Assembly: GCA_965644295.1 (NCBI GenBank)
Contig: CBFFRP010000423.1
Span: 310,001 to 374,000 of the forward strand
Direction of reading: 5' to 3'
Source: Paraphysomonas bandaiensis
Lineage: Eukaryota > Protista > Chrysophyceae
Length of the DNA stretch: 64,000 nt
Below, in pieces: positions 53,101 through 64,000 of this stretch. The position numbers and the translations under genes are program-made. The first letter of the stretch is position 1; each line of letters opens with the position of its first letter. The notes beneath the pieces are model-generated. The model ran no database searches and was not told where the DNA came from. It saw nothing but the letters and a program-made list of their open reading frames with translations.

Positions 53101-55022
53101 GAATTTTAACCAGGAAAAAAGCATCTGGAACACGATATCTACTGAGGCAAAGTCTTTTACAAATACATGGATGCCATTCTCTATATTGAGTACACTCAAG
53201 AGAAGATGGTTGATGAAAATCATGGCATCTTTTGTGGAAGAGTACAGCTCTCCGAAGTCCCACGTAGTATCTGATATGAACAGCACTTCATGCAAAACAA
53301 GAACAAAATGTACAGAAACTACTATATTTCTTGTGATGGGGGTGCCCATTAGAAAAGATATAATCATTTCATCTCTACAAAATTCCGATGCCAGCAATTG
53401 AGTAACATAACCAGATAAGGCCTTCAACGAGGAACAGAGAACTTCCAACGTCGTCTTTACTTCTATCCTTAACGGAATATCATCACTGTCAGTGTTTTTG
53501 AATTGCTCGTATGGAGAAAATGCACCAATATTTTCTGCATGCGTTACCAGTCTGGGCAGGAGTTTCGATGTTATCCGGTCAGAGGTACTCGATAACTCGT
53601 GTAACGAATAAGCGAGGCTGGAGGCACATATGGTCGTATATAAATGTTCCGAAATCGCAATCAGATTTGGTTTCTGCTTCATATCGGTGTCCCTATAGGC
53701 ATTCATACTAATTAGGGTATCTACAAGCACGCCGCATGCTGTCATACGGTGCTGTCCGTTCTCTGCTCCATTCTTCACAGGATAGACCACAGTTTCGGTG
53801 CATAGTGCAAGAGCGGCATTAAAGTTACTGCAAACATTCTCTAAAAGAACTCTAGTAAGGCCCGCAGAAATACTCCAGCGCTCCGATTTGCAGAGTTTGT
53901 GTATCTGTCCCACTACCATTTCCATCCCACCAGTATCCAGGAAATACTCAAGAATGTGTCCAGACCCCTATTCGTGAATATAAGAACCGTACATAAGAAC
54001 GAAATGTACAATACCGCACCATGATGAGGCGGAGAAATTGAAAATAATCTGAGATCTTCTGTTTTTCATTCGTATGTTCTGCTTCCAACTTTTGTAGACA
54101 ATCTGTCGCCGCAGTGCATAGTGCCAAGCACGTATCGGGATGCACAACCTCGGATAGTACAGCATTCGCTTCTCCAGCTTCACATCTCTGCACAAGAAAT
54201 GTAACAAGAAATATAAGGCAAATCGAGAGCCATATGAATGTAATGGTACTGTACCTGCAAGCATTGCCGGAGCGCCTCGACCACATCGTGGGAAACCTGA
54301 CCAGACTTAACGGACTCTGCCTTAAGATTTAGTCTAGCAGCAGCAGATGCCGATACTAATCTATTAGGAGACCAGGAACAGATGTAGTTTCGCACATCAT
54401 AGAAAAGGTTTTTCTTAATAGACGTGTGAGAACTAGTCGATTCCGTCCACCATGGTGAAAGACATGAGTCGATCGTGGGATACACATAGGGGTCGTCAAT
54501 AACCCTCGTGTGGTGCAAACTTCTTGTTGACAATGCCCCAGCCTTCGTATACAGGCCTTCGAGACACGTTCGGGGAGAGCGGTGCAATAACGACGAAATA
54601 TCGTCGGAGACTGTGTCGTCGTCAACACCCTGGCCATGTACTGCAACAGAGAGTACATCAAAGGAACCGCTGAATGCTATGTAGTTTACAGGGTGAAGTT
54701 CGATTCCAGAAATTACAGGCACCCATTCTACACCACCCGATACATACTCCAAATCAATTGCAGGTATAAATTTCATTTTCTGTGGAGAAAACACATACAT
54801 CTTGCACGAGAAGTGGCCCGTGTTTCTACTGGGCCAAGTTCTGCCTCTAATATTCATTTCTGGACGAAACACATCGTGCGGAATGATATGAATCCCTTTT
54901 AACACAGCGGCATTCGCGAGTTGGATAATATAAACCTGATCCGTGTGTGTTGCTGTCACATGACCACAAAACACTGTGCTCTCCTGTATGCGACGGAATG
55001 CACCGCCTGATTGATGATGCAT
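50185..55022 (-). CDS. Large virilizer (VIRMA)-like protein: N-terminal VIR_N-like beta domain, helical solenoid and Pro-rich tail, multi-exon
   Basis: The N-terminus VFCGHV..QVYIIQL..IHIIP..GRTWPS..LEYV..NYIAFSGSFDVLSVAVHG follows the pattern of the virilizer N-terminal domain. A 1246-aa helical exon follows. Confidence 0.6.
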
Positions 55023-55379
55023 CACTCTCACAATTTTAGTTTAATAAAGGGTGGATAGTGCTACTGCAAGAACATGACTAAAACAGAACATTGTTGTGAT
55101 AAGTGAGTGCTGTCTCTCCTGCTGCTGCACTTGTACCTTCCAGTGTATGTGTACCTATATATATATATATGTATGTGCTGTGTTTGACTGCATTACCCGA
55201 CAGATATTCACACAGCAGTACATATTATACAGCACTATACGGCGGTATACCATAGAAGTGCAGTGAAGTCAGAGTCCCACGCACAGTGGTGACTATAGTC
55301 ATGCTATCGTAGTCACTCACTCTTGCCCCGGACCTCACTATGAGAGGGAGTCGTGAATACGACGCGCTGAATTCCACAT

Positions 55380-56369
55380 ATGGAAACCCCATCCATAAAA
55401 ACTAATGAGGGATCGTGTGTCGTGTATAACACATGCAGTAAGTCTCCGAGCAATGTCTCTGGTGTGATATCTGAGGAAGAGCACCTCGCTGATCTATTCT
55501 TTACCCTAGCTAACTCCCCATATGTGGGTTATGAATTAAACGACAGTCTTGTACGTGTGCGCCAGAACATAAATGCGAACAATACTACAGGAGGAATAGT
55601 GTGGGAGAGTGCCTATCTGCTGGTAGATTATATAGCTCAGTTACCCCGTGTGGAGGGCAGAAGTGTCATAGATCTTGGAGGTGGGGTAGGTTTTCTAGGA
55701 TTAGTTCTGTCCAAACTGAAGTACAGTGTTACGATTACAGAGTTCGATGAGCGTTCACGATGTAGTAGTCCAGCGTCCGGTGTTTATGAACTGCTCGAAA
55801 AGAATGTCTTAGAATTTAATTCTGGATTAAATAATTTAAAAGAGGCTGTGCGTGTCTGCCGGCTTGACTGGACTCGCTCTCGACAGGATATTACAGAGTG
55901 GGTAAATGCTGGAATATTTAGTCAGAATGAGCTGCAGAGTGGTTTCGAATTGGTTGTTGGTACAGATGTTTTGTTTAGTCCAGCACTAGTGCGGCCCCTT
56001 CTCTCTACTGCATCTCAACTTACACGAGAGGTATCGGGTGAATGCATGTTTTGCATGCAGATCAGATGTGAAGATAGCCATAAGTTGTTCTTAGAAGCAG
56101 CTCATGAGTACTTCGATTGTGTGCGTGATATTTCCGAGGAGGTGTACACCACTCCTGGTTGTGAGTGGGGCAAAGCGATGGAGTGCCTTGTCTTTAGAAT
56201 GACAGGTGGGAAAATGAAATTGGTATTACAGTCAGAAGAAAATCATACTCTTAAGCCGAACACAAATAATAAAAGATCGCGGCTGTCGTCATGTACTGCA
56301 GCGGCTAGTGATTCAAGTAGCGGTATGAAAACGAAATTGAGAAAACATAAGAAGCATAAAATTTCTTAA
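55380..56369 (+). CDS. Protein lysine methyltransferase, Methyltransf_16/METTL21-like
   Basis: TTGGIVWESAYLL, VIDLGGGVG, RLDW, VVGTDVLF. Basic NLS-like C-terminus. Confidence 0.85.
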   Translation: METPSIKTNEGSCVVYNTCSKSPSNVSGVISEEEHLADLFFTLANSPYVGYELNDSLVRVRQNINANNTTGGIVWESAYLLVDYIAQLPRVEGRSVIDLGGGVGFLGLVLSKLKYSVTITEFDERSRCSSPASGVYELLEKNVLEFNSGLNNLKEAVRVCRLDWTRSRQDITEWVNAGIFSQNELQSGFELVVGTDVLFSPALVRPLLSTASQLTREVSGECMFCMQIRCEDSHKLFLEAAHEYFDCVRDISEEVYTTPGCEWGKAMECLVFRMTGGKMKLVLQSEENHTLKPNTNNKRSRLSSCTAAASDSSSGMKTKLRKHKKHKIS

Positions 56370-56676
56370 TAAGAGGTACTCTTTTATTTTCGTTAAGGGG
56401 TGTTAAAAAGATTTTGCAACGTATGTACTTTCATATGTGATTATAGTTTTTTTTGCCGTCACCCTTCAATTTGCAATACTTTTATTAAAAGGTCGATGTG
56501 TGTTGAGATGAACTTATGAGTGGGGGTGTCCGCCTAGCACTATGTGCTATATGTACTTAACAGTTTTTTTAGTAAAGTAGTAATAATTTTGTAGTAATGT
56601 GCTTATAAGTGTGAAAGTGCCAATGACTTCAACTGTACTAAATAATTGGACCTAGTCATTTCGGTGTAATTCCTAG

Positions 56677-57424
56677 CAGGGATAGGGAACAATATATTGC
56701 AATATTATTGTTAGATAGCGTTCCATCAATAGTATTGATGGATTTTTCAAACCGGTCCTACAATACAATTACAATATATTGCAATATATTGTCAATGTAT
56801 TGCGATATATTAGTTTGACTAATCAGTAGGTAAACACATCCGTAGATTTCATTTTTAGTATTAGTCATTAAGATCACATGACAACCAAACCAACTGCTGC
56901 TTATAGCTACTAAAAATCCACCTCGTCCTCATCCTCTGAGCCATCATCGGTGAGGTCAACATCACCATATTCATCCACAGAATTAATTGAAATATGTTAG
57001 TATCCGGCCATAACTGTCGAAGAGCTTTCTAAAACAACAGCATATTAAGTAGGATGGATACTTTTGCGCAACACTGATATAATATGTTTAGCTGTGCTGA
57101 ACAGACGTTCCCATGTATTGGAAGTACATACCAAGGCCAGGCAACCGTTAATGACTCGTGGATCTGTACGTTTCTTAATTTTTTGAGCTGACTGAAGATT
57201 ATTATCTCGGTTATTTATATCCATTTTGCACCCTACAGTTGAGAATCTTCTCTTATATGACTATCATAATATTGATTGCAATATATTGCAATAGTATTGT
57301 GAGCTCTTTTAGCAGAAACACTATTGATGGAATATTTGACCAGTCCACCAATCAATATATTTTACAATATATTGCAATATATTGTACAATGTATTGCAAT
57401 ACAATATATTGTTCCCTATCCCTG
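56677..57424 (-). mobile_element. hAT non-autonomous element with perfect TIRs and 8-bp TSD
   Basis: TIR CAGGGATAGGGAACAATATATTG. TSD ATTCCTAG at 56669-56676 and 57425-57432. Minus-strand remnant CTSNTWERLFSTAK (hAT dimerization motif). Confidence 0.93.
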
Positions 57425-58394
57425 ATTCCTAGTCACACCGAACAGTGTAAAAACCTTTGTCCAGGTGTTAAAAATCTCGTCATTAAATATTTCATATTTT
57501 CAGTTTACAATGACTTAGTCGATTATGCACTTAGTCATCAATTAATTAATAAATGCAGATATAGTATATTTATTACTTTGATTAGGTTTTTATACCAAAA
57601 TCAGTGTGACCAGAGGTAAGACAACCTATTTGACCAGGTTGAATAATATTTTCCTAAATAATTATTATTATAGTACTAAAGGAACACTATATATATAACC
57701 GCGTATATCGTATTCAATTATACTGTTTAAACTTCACTACTAAAATATTTCTAAATAGTGAGGTTTGAGTACTGAATAATGACCATTATAATAAGATGAA
57801 TTTCCTAGTCGCACCAGTATTACTTATTGTCATATTGTCATTGTAGTTATATTTAACCACCGGTAATAAGGAGGCAATATCGTACCGAGTTTTAAATAAG
57901 TATTGGACTAGGGGAGATACTCCTTATTCCTAGGTTATTATATTGTAGCTTATTCTCATAATGTTGAAAACCGAATATATACATCTAGAATGTACAACTA
58001 TTTGTATCTTGCTTCCTGTTTTAAATAGAAAATAGATTCCTCTCTCTGATTAACATCGAGAAAAGTATTCTTTCAAATATTGGTATCTAAACATCAGCTT
58101 TAGAGAATGTCAATTGCGCTAGATTAATTCAAATTTTAAAATTTACTACAACAACTATGTACCTAACACAGGAGTATACAGATGGAATATCAACAACGAG
58201 GTATTGAAATTCTTACATAAACGCGATGATGAATAATGTAAAAAATTGTAGTCGCATGAGGCTTCATGTCGTCGTTGGCATATCACATCGAATTTATGTA
58301 CAACATCACGCTTTGTGTATGATATCCGGCACATAATCTTGATAAGCGTGACGTGACCAAACCTGAAAGGACTTCAAAGCATACGCAGCAGTGT

Positions 58395-58676
58395 GCAAGC
58401 AGAATATTGATATACCTGACATCTGCTGACTTTTGAGTCCTTAAGATGAATAGCCCAGATGTTTGACTTTAGCAGACAGCCGAATACCCTGGATGTCAGT
58501 TTATTCGTCAGAGCCCAAAGACAGCTACACAAGTGTCACTTATATTGGTGTCCCTTGTACCCAACAAGAATTCGTTTCTGCTGTCTATGTTAGCGGCTCA
58601 CGTTAGTTTCCCCGAGAAAGCCCTCCGGTACTTATCCCCAGAACACTAAAAGGTGCGAGTCCGACTTTGTTGAGGG
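58395..58676 (-). mobile_element. Short non-coding retroelement, diverged copy lacking the 3' end
   Basis: The reverse complement begins CCCTCAACAAAGTCGGACTCGCACC and shares the internal blocks with the 47 kb and 58.7 kb copies. Confidence 0.8.
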
Positions 58677-58715
58677 CATAACACTGTAATAATAATTTAT
58701 AATATATATATGTCA

Positions 58716-59204
58716 CCTCAACAAAGTCGGACTCGCACCTTTTCGTGGTGTTCTGGGGGGTAAGTACCTGAGATATTTCTCCGGGAAACTAAGGTGAGCC
58801 GCAAACATAGACAGCCGATAATTTTCTGCCCATTCATATAGCCAAATGCTTGTGTGGTACAAGGGACACCAATAAGTGTCACTTGTGTAGACGTCTTTGG
58901 GCCCTGACGAATAAACAGGCATCCGGGAATAGGCCCACCTCAAGGGCATTCGGGACAGGGCCCACCTGAAGGGTAACCGGGGTATTGGGTTGCCTGCTGA
59001 AGTCAAGCATCCGGGATGTTCACCATAAGAACGCAGAGCGGAAGTGGTCGCACCTTGGTGCTTCCGTAGCGTTAAGCAGTAGGATAAAAAAAGTGTGTAC
59101 TGATTAGTTACAGGTAGAGGTCTAACTAGTTTGACTAGTATTCATCTAGCTACTAATTTGGTGCAGGTTTTTAACGCCTATTGCTAATAATAAGACTTTC
59201 AATA
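58716..59204 (+). mobile_element. Full-length short (about 490 bp) non-coding retroelement with TSD
   Basis: Flanked by ATATATATGTCA at 58704-58715 and 59209-59220. 5' end CCTCAACAAAGTCGG. The 3' part matches the LINE 3' UTR at 49.77-49.95 kb. Confidence 0.88.
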
Positions 59205-59260
59205 TAATATATATATGTCATTTTAATCCGTTAATATTTTGTGTTGAGTGTTGAGGAGCA

Positions 59261-59340
59261 CGTTAAATGGTAGGACATCAGAGTTAATCACAGACACTTA
59301 AACGCCTATTGCTAATAATAAGACATTCACTACGACTAGG
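59261..59340 (+). mobile_element. 3' end fragment of the retroelement family
   Basis: CGTTAAATGGTAGGACATCAGAGTTAATC...GACATTCACTACGACTAGG, the same terminus as the 47071 copy. Confidence 0.8.
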
Positions 59341-59718
59341 TTGAAAGATACATATATAGACTTTTATATCGATTTCATCACATTTATAATATATAATAAC
59401 TAAACGTGACGCAGTTATACGCTACAGCAATTGTCGTGAGGCTACATCATAACTCTTCATAGAATCCAATTATACTACTTTATATGCTTCAATAGGAATT
59501 GATTAATATCACAAATAAGTTCATGGCTGCTCACTTTTGTCACCAAATCTGCCATTGTAAGCGTTAAAATGAATCTAAAAATAATAATACTAATGCAGAC
59601 ACTTCACCGTGTCGTACTCATTTGCGGGTCTCAATATACACTGATTCAATCGTAAAAATAACAACTGCAGTAATAATCATGCATCTGAAATAGAAAGGTC
59701 GAATATCTGAATTGGCAC

Positions 59719-62700
59719 TTAACGAAATTTACTGCCTTTTCGATAGTCCTTGTGATTCGGCTCTATCCATTCTGGTCTATCGTCACCAATGAAGGGTGCC
59801 ACTGTAGAATATCCCTTACTGCCATGTTTCTTTGAGCCCCCCTTGAACATTCCTTTTCCCGGGAACGAAAACTTCCTACGCTTCTTAACGGGAACCTTCC
59901 TGTCATACACACCAGATTCCGATGATGTATGCAGGACCTCACCACTCCTGTGATTGAGGCCCATAATATCATCATTCGGTTTTACAACGCGCTTTGATTG
60001 AGAAGGTCTGCGAGATTCGCGTACTGGGCGCGACGTTGTCTCAGGACTTAGTACAAGACCGTTGTAGAAGTCCTCCTCATCCTGGCACCTACCGTTTTCG
60101 TGATTCTCTCGTGCTTCAGGTGTGCGAGGATCCGGACGTTGGCATATATCGGCGCTGCTGTCAACTAGTACTTGATCATGCAAAAGGTCAATCTCTTTGT
60201 TAAGTTTACGCTGAAAATACTGAGCCTGTTTAATTGCATCTTGAGCTGCCGTTTTAGCGATGAGTGCAAACTTCGATTCATTTTCTGCTATTTCTTTCGC
60301 ACGTTGCAGATCAGCCTCGAGCTTGGCACGATTATTCACTTCCTGTAGAACCTCTTCCTTTAGTTTCGATAAGTCATCTTTCGTGTTATTTAAACGCTTC
60401 TCTACTTCCGCTCTTGCTCGACACTCAAGAAAGAGACGGGAGGAGAGAATGTCGAAACTGTTTCTGATATTCAAAAGGGCTGCTTTTGCCTCTGCCACAC
60501 TCTGTTCAGACATATGTGGGCCCAGAACATTCATGACTTGCGCCCATTCTTGTTTTATATCCTTCTGGTTGGAGGGTTCCAAAACACTCGACCCTTCTCC
60601 ACGGGACATTAGCTGAGAAGAGAGTGTTACTAATTCCTCGGTGGCATTTCGACAGATAATCCTATCAGACATGTCTTTGCGTACTATCTCTATAATACGA
60701 TCCAACTCCGTCTGCAGTCTGTCAACCTTAGAATTGGCAATAGCGGCACTCTGTTTCTCCCTGTCCAGAAGCGCCAGAGCCTCTGCATATTGACGGGAAA
60801 GCTGTTCGTGTCGAAGTAAATAGTCTGCAAGATTCTCGCGCAGTTTATTCGCTTCGTTTCTATATAATATTAAGTCAGGCCTTTGCTCCAGAAATTTCAT
60901 TCCAGTCACATTTGAGCAACAAAACATAGGTCCCATTCATGCAATTACATACCTTGTCTTGTTGAAATCGGTAGAAAGAGCCGTGTATTTCTCACGGATC
61001 TCATTCTCTGTCATGATGCGAGCCTTTTCTTGTTTCAGTCTCTCCAACAGGGCATTCGTGTCCGCAGAATACCTCTGCAGCACTCCACTATGATCTTTGT
61101 ACCGTTTAACAGCCTCTTCAAGCTGCCTGGAGAGATCTTTCTGTATAATACGTAACTCCTCTGAAGTAAGACCCACCCTAGAGCATATTTGGTTCAGGCT
61201 ACCCAATGACTGCATGACACCACGCCAGTTGGAGACATAATTACATAACACACGCCCCTAGACACCAGCAAATTTAGAAGTAGGACCGCAGAAAAAGTAA
61301 GAATATGTTAGCAAAGGACTATACCTGCTCGGAAAATAAAGTAGAAAATTCGGAGTTTGTGCGAGAAAGGGATGCTGTTGAGAGTGCAGTTGCTAATATT
61401 CCATTAACGATGACACCACTGGTAGATTTTATTAATCCAACCCTCGGCATAAGAGACAAGGTAACTTCTCCTACTCCTCTACCATCCAATCCCTGAATCC
61501 CAAGATTTATGGTAATCAAATTACCTGGAAAATTTCCTTCAAAAATAGTATCAGATAGTGGTGCCTTCCCCTCTCCGACAAGTACGGGTGCTTGGAGTGT
61601 AAAGTCGTCCCAAACATGAACAATTAGAGGTTCCGATGGATCAGACAATATCAATTCACCATCTACTTCCTTCCATGAGGCATCTCCACCTCCTCTCGGT
61701 ATAGCTTTTGTTTTCACTGAGGACCCACCCAATGATACTTCCACATAGGGGTCCAGTTTCTCGCCGTGCTGATTCCCAGATACACCACTTAGTGTGATAC
61801 TTTGTATTCCAAGACGCAGACAACCATTACCGTGTAGATCCGAATTTACCGTACCCAACGAACGCTGAGCCTCTGCTACCACGCCTTCAAGACTATTATT
61901 GACGCTGCCCATTGATCGATGAAGCCCATTCACCTCTTGAAATATCGCCCCAAGGGATTTATCCAACCACTGTCCAAGTCTCTCGCTGTCCTCGATATGG
62001 GCATCCAGCTGATTTTCTAGTTCCATCATTTCACCCCTAAGTCTTAACACCAGCTCCTCACGACGTGTAAGTTCATCCTGATATGTTTGCTCTCGTTCTT
62101 CTAGTTCTATAATACGAGCCTTTTGTTCCTCCACAATATCCTTTAGGCTCGCCATGAGCGGAGTTTGACCAATGGGGTTCACTTCCTGCATATCAGGCCT
62201 GTACATACATATATAACATACAAATCTACAAAACAAAAATAATATTACTTTTCAGAAGCTATATTAACCGGAGCTGAGCTTCGTAGAATCGAGCGATTGT
62301 CATAGCAGCGTCCGAAATGCAACCATGTCTCCTACAAAACTTTCAGATCGGAAAATACAACAGTATAGCCTTACAATATTTCTAGTTACAGTATCCAGAG
62401 CTTCTGTCACATTATTACGGCCCTCACATTCACTTCGCCATTGAGATACTATTATATCAGATAAATTGCTGTCGAACTTTCCGATGTCGTGTAAATTCTC
62501 AGCAGTCATAACGTCCATGTCAGTCTTCGACAAGCTCAGGCTCAATAAATGCGATCTTTGCTCATCAGATATACCAAAAAGGGAAAAAAAGTTAATAATA
62601 TCTGACTTCTCCCACATACCCAAAATACTCAAGATAGCACTATAATTCGAGAGCAGGCTGTCAAACAAGTAGCGGTTCGTGGAAATCGATGTCGCCGCAG

Positions 62701-62735
62701 TTACTTTATATACCAGGCAACATTGGTGAAGAGGA
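59719..62735 (-). CDS. C2-domain coiled-coil protein, multi-exon (start uncertain)
   Basis: C2 motif KLDPYVEVSLG..VKTK..ASW..LIVHVWDD..LVGEG, flanked by long heptad-rich exons. Confidence 0.75.
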
Positions 62736-63206
62736 ACTTATAGCGCTATGAATGAAACCATAATAACGTTAATGAGTACTAATATATAGGGAAGTATGGT
62801 TCATGACATGAATATGAGAGCAGAGCAGAGCAGTCATGTGACAGTTATTCTCATCGTCTTCTTCAGATACAGCAGTATATCCACCGTATACCACACTGAC
62901 TGCTATGGTCTGGAGTGGTATTGTATGCCGCAAGTAAGTTAGCTATCTTCACTCCAGCCGTACTAACGGCCAATCATCCGCTATTGAGCCGGTTGAATAT
63001 CTGATCTTTTCATGATAGTTTGTTCTTTGTGTTTTATGGAATATACATGCGTGTATATATAGCTGCAGCTGTATGGTGTACATGATATACTGTATGTGTC
63101 CTCCAGACCTGTTTCGTACAGCTGATACTCACCAAACGATAACAAAGTGTGATAGGCGGTGTATACAAACAAAACCAGTGTATGCACTTTGCATTAGTGG
63201 GTAAGT

Positions 63207-64000
63207 ATGGGAAGGTTAGTACGCAATCAATGCAGTTGTTACAGGGTGTTAATAGTACTTGTCATCGCCATCAATATTGTCTGGGTTCTTGTTGTGATGA
63301 GCAATTTATTGGAGAACTTGGATAGAATAGCATTTAAAGAGAGGCATTCACCATCGGTACATGTATTTGATCAGGCATCGAGCTTGAGAATTCTCCATCG
63401 TCGCCTTGGTGTCGATGTGCGTGAGCATGGCAACCTCGATTCTCGTCCTGTTGGTTTTATACCTTGTGGTGCTCTTGTGGTGGTGGATTATAAAATCCAG
63501 TTTCTACGTGAAGTTTCGCCGAATAGTAGCGAGCGTTCACTATCCTGGGTATATATATCATTCCCCCAACGTGGATGGGTGCCAATCGAGTTTCTAGGGT
63601 CATCTACACCTCCTATAGGAGGTGCAGCAGTTAGTCGAAATCACCCTATTGCGCAGTTGGAGGAACATATGGATATAGAATCCTTGAAAAGTACGAACGA
63701 CCGTTCATCGACAGTGTTGTCGTGGAATATGCGGACGCCTAACTCATCCAGACCCATGGATTCATCATCGTGGTTGGACCAGATTCCTGTGGGTTGGTAT
63801 AATTACGTTCCATACGGTTCGTATGTCAGTCACGTATGTAGGTAATGGACGAATTGGCGCTCTTGTTGGTGGAGGTATAGATGGTGAAGTAATTCCCATA
63901 TCTATGGCTGGTTTCTATGTAAGACAGAAGCGGAAGGGGCAATCGAGTGTTGTTGGTAGCTCCAATTTCTTTAGACAGAGCAGAGAACTACTGATGCAGG
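63207..64000 (+). CDS. Signal-anchored protein with an SH3b-like domain (runs off the window)
   Basis: N-terminal TM, then GVDVREHGNLDSRPVGFIPCGALV...WVYISFPQRGWV. Confidence 0.5.

Noticed and set aside
55380-56369. RNA m6A methyltransferase functionally clustered with virilizer
   Set aside because: The motifs are Methyltransf_16 (protein lysine) type, and there is no DPPW MT-A70 motif.

Overview
Eukaryotic nuclear DNA with compact genes and mostly short (about 45-120 bp) GT-AG introns. It is probably from a stramenopile/ochrophyte protist; this is inferred from gene content and style, not proven. The window holds about 20 host genes: a Sir2 sirtuin, a lipoyl-domain protein, a USP47-like deubiquitinase, a YeeE/YedE transporter, TTLL9, a large Sec7 ARF-GEF, an IQ-PH protein, a sulfotransferase-like protein, a mitochondrial carrier, a ZNF598-like E3, a virilizer-like protein, a Methyltransf_16 methyltransferase and a C2/coiled-coil protein, among others. 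Many mobile elements are interspersed. The most striking is an intact helicase-less HUH Rep gene (Replitron-like, 3829-5277, minus strand). It is paired head-to-head with an intron-containing triple zinc-finger gene, with iteron-like repeats between them, nonanucleotide-like repeats downstream of Rep and a 160-nt foldback nearby. Other highlights: (1) a non-LTR retroelement family with 8 fragments, including a TSD-bounded, about 490 bp non-coding element whose 5' end resembles an HDV-like ribozyme, and two head-to-head pairs; (2) an ARF-GEF whose spliced 3' exons, missed by the ORF track, add an acyl-CoA-binding domain (MABP-DCB/HUS-Sec7-PH-ACB); (3) an intronless Crinkler-type NTPase+REase ORF among MITEs. 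Tc1/mariner, PIF/Harbinger and hAT remnants are also present. All domain calls come from motif recognition by eye; no searches were run.
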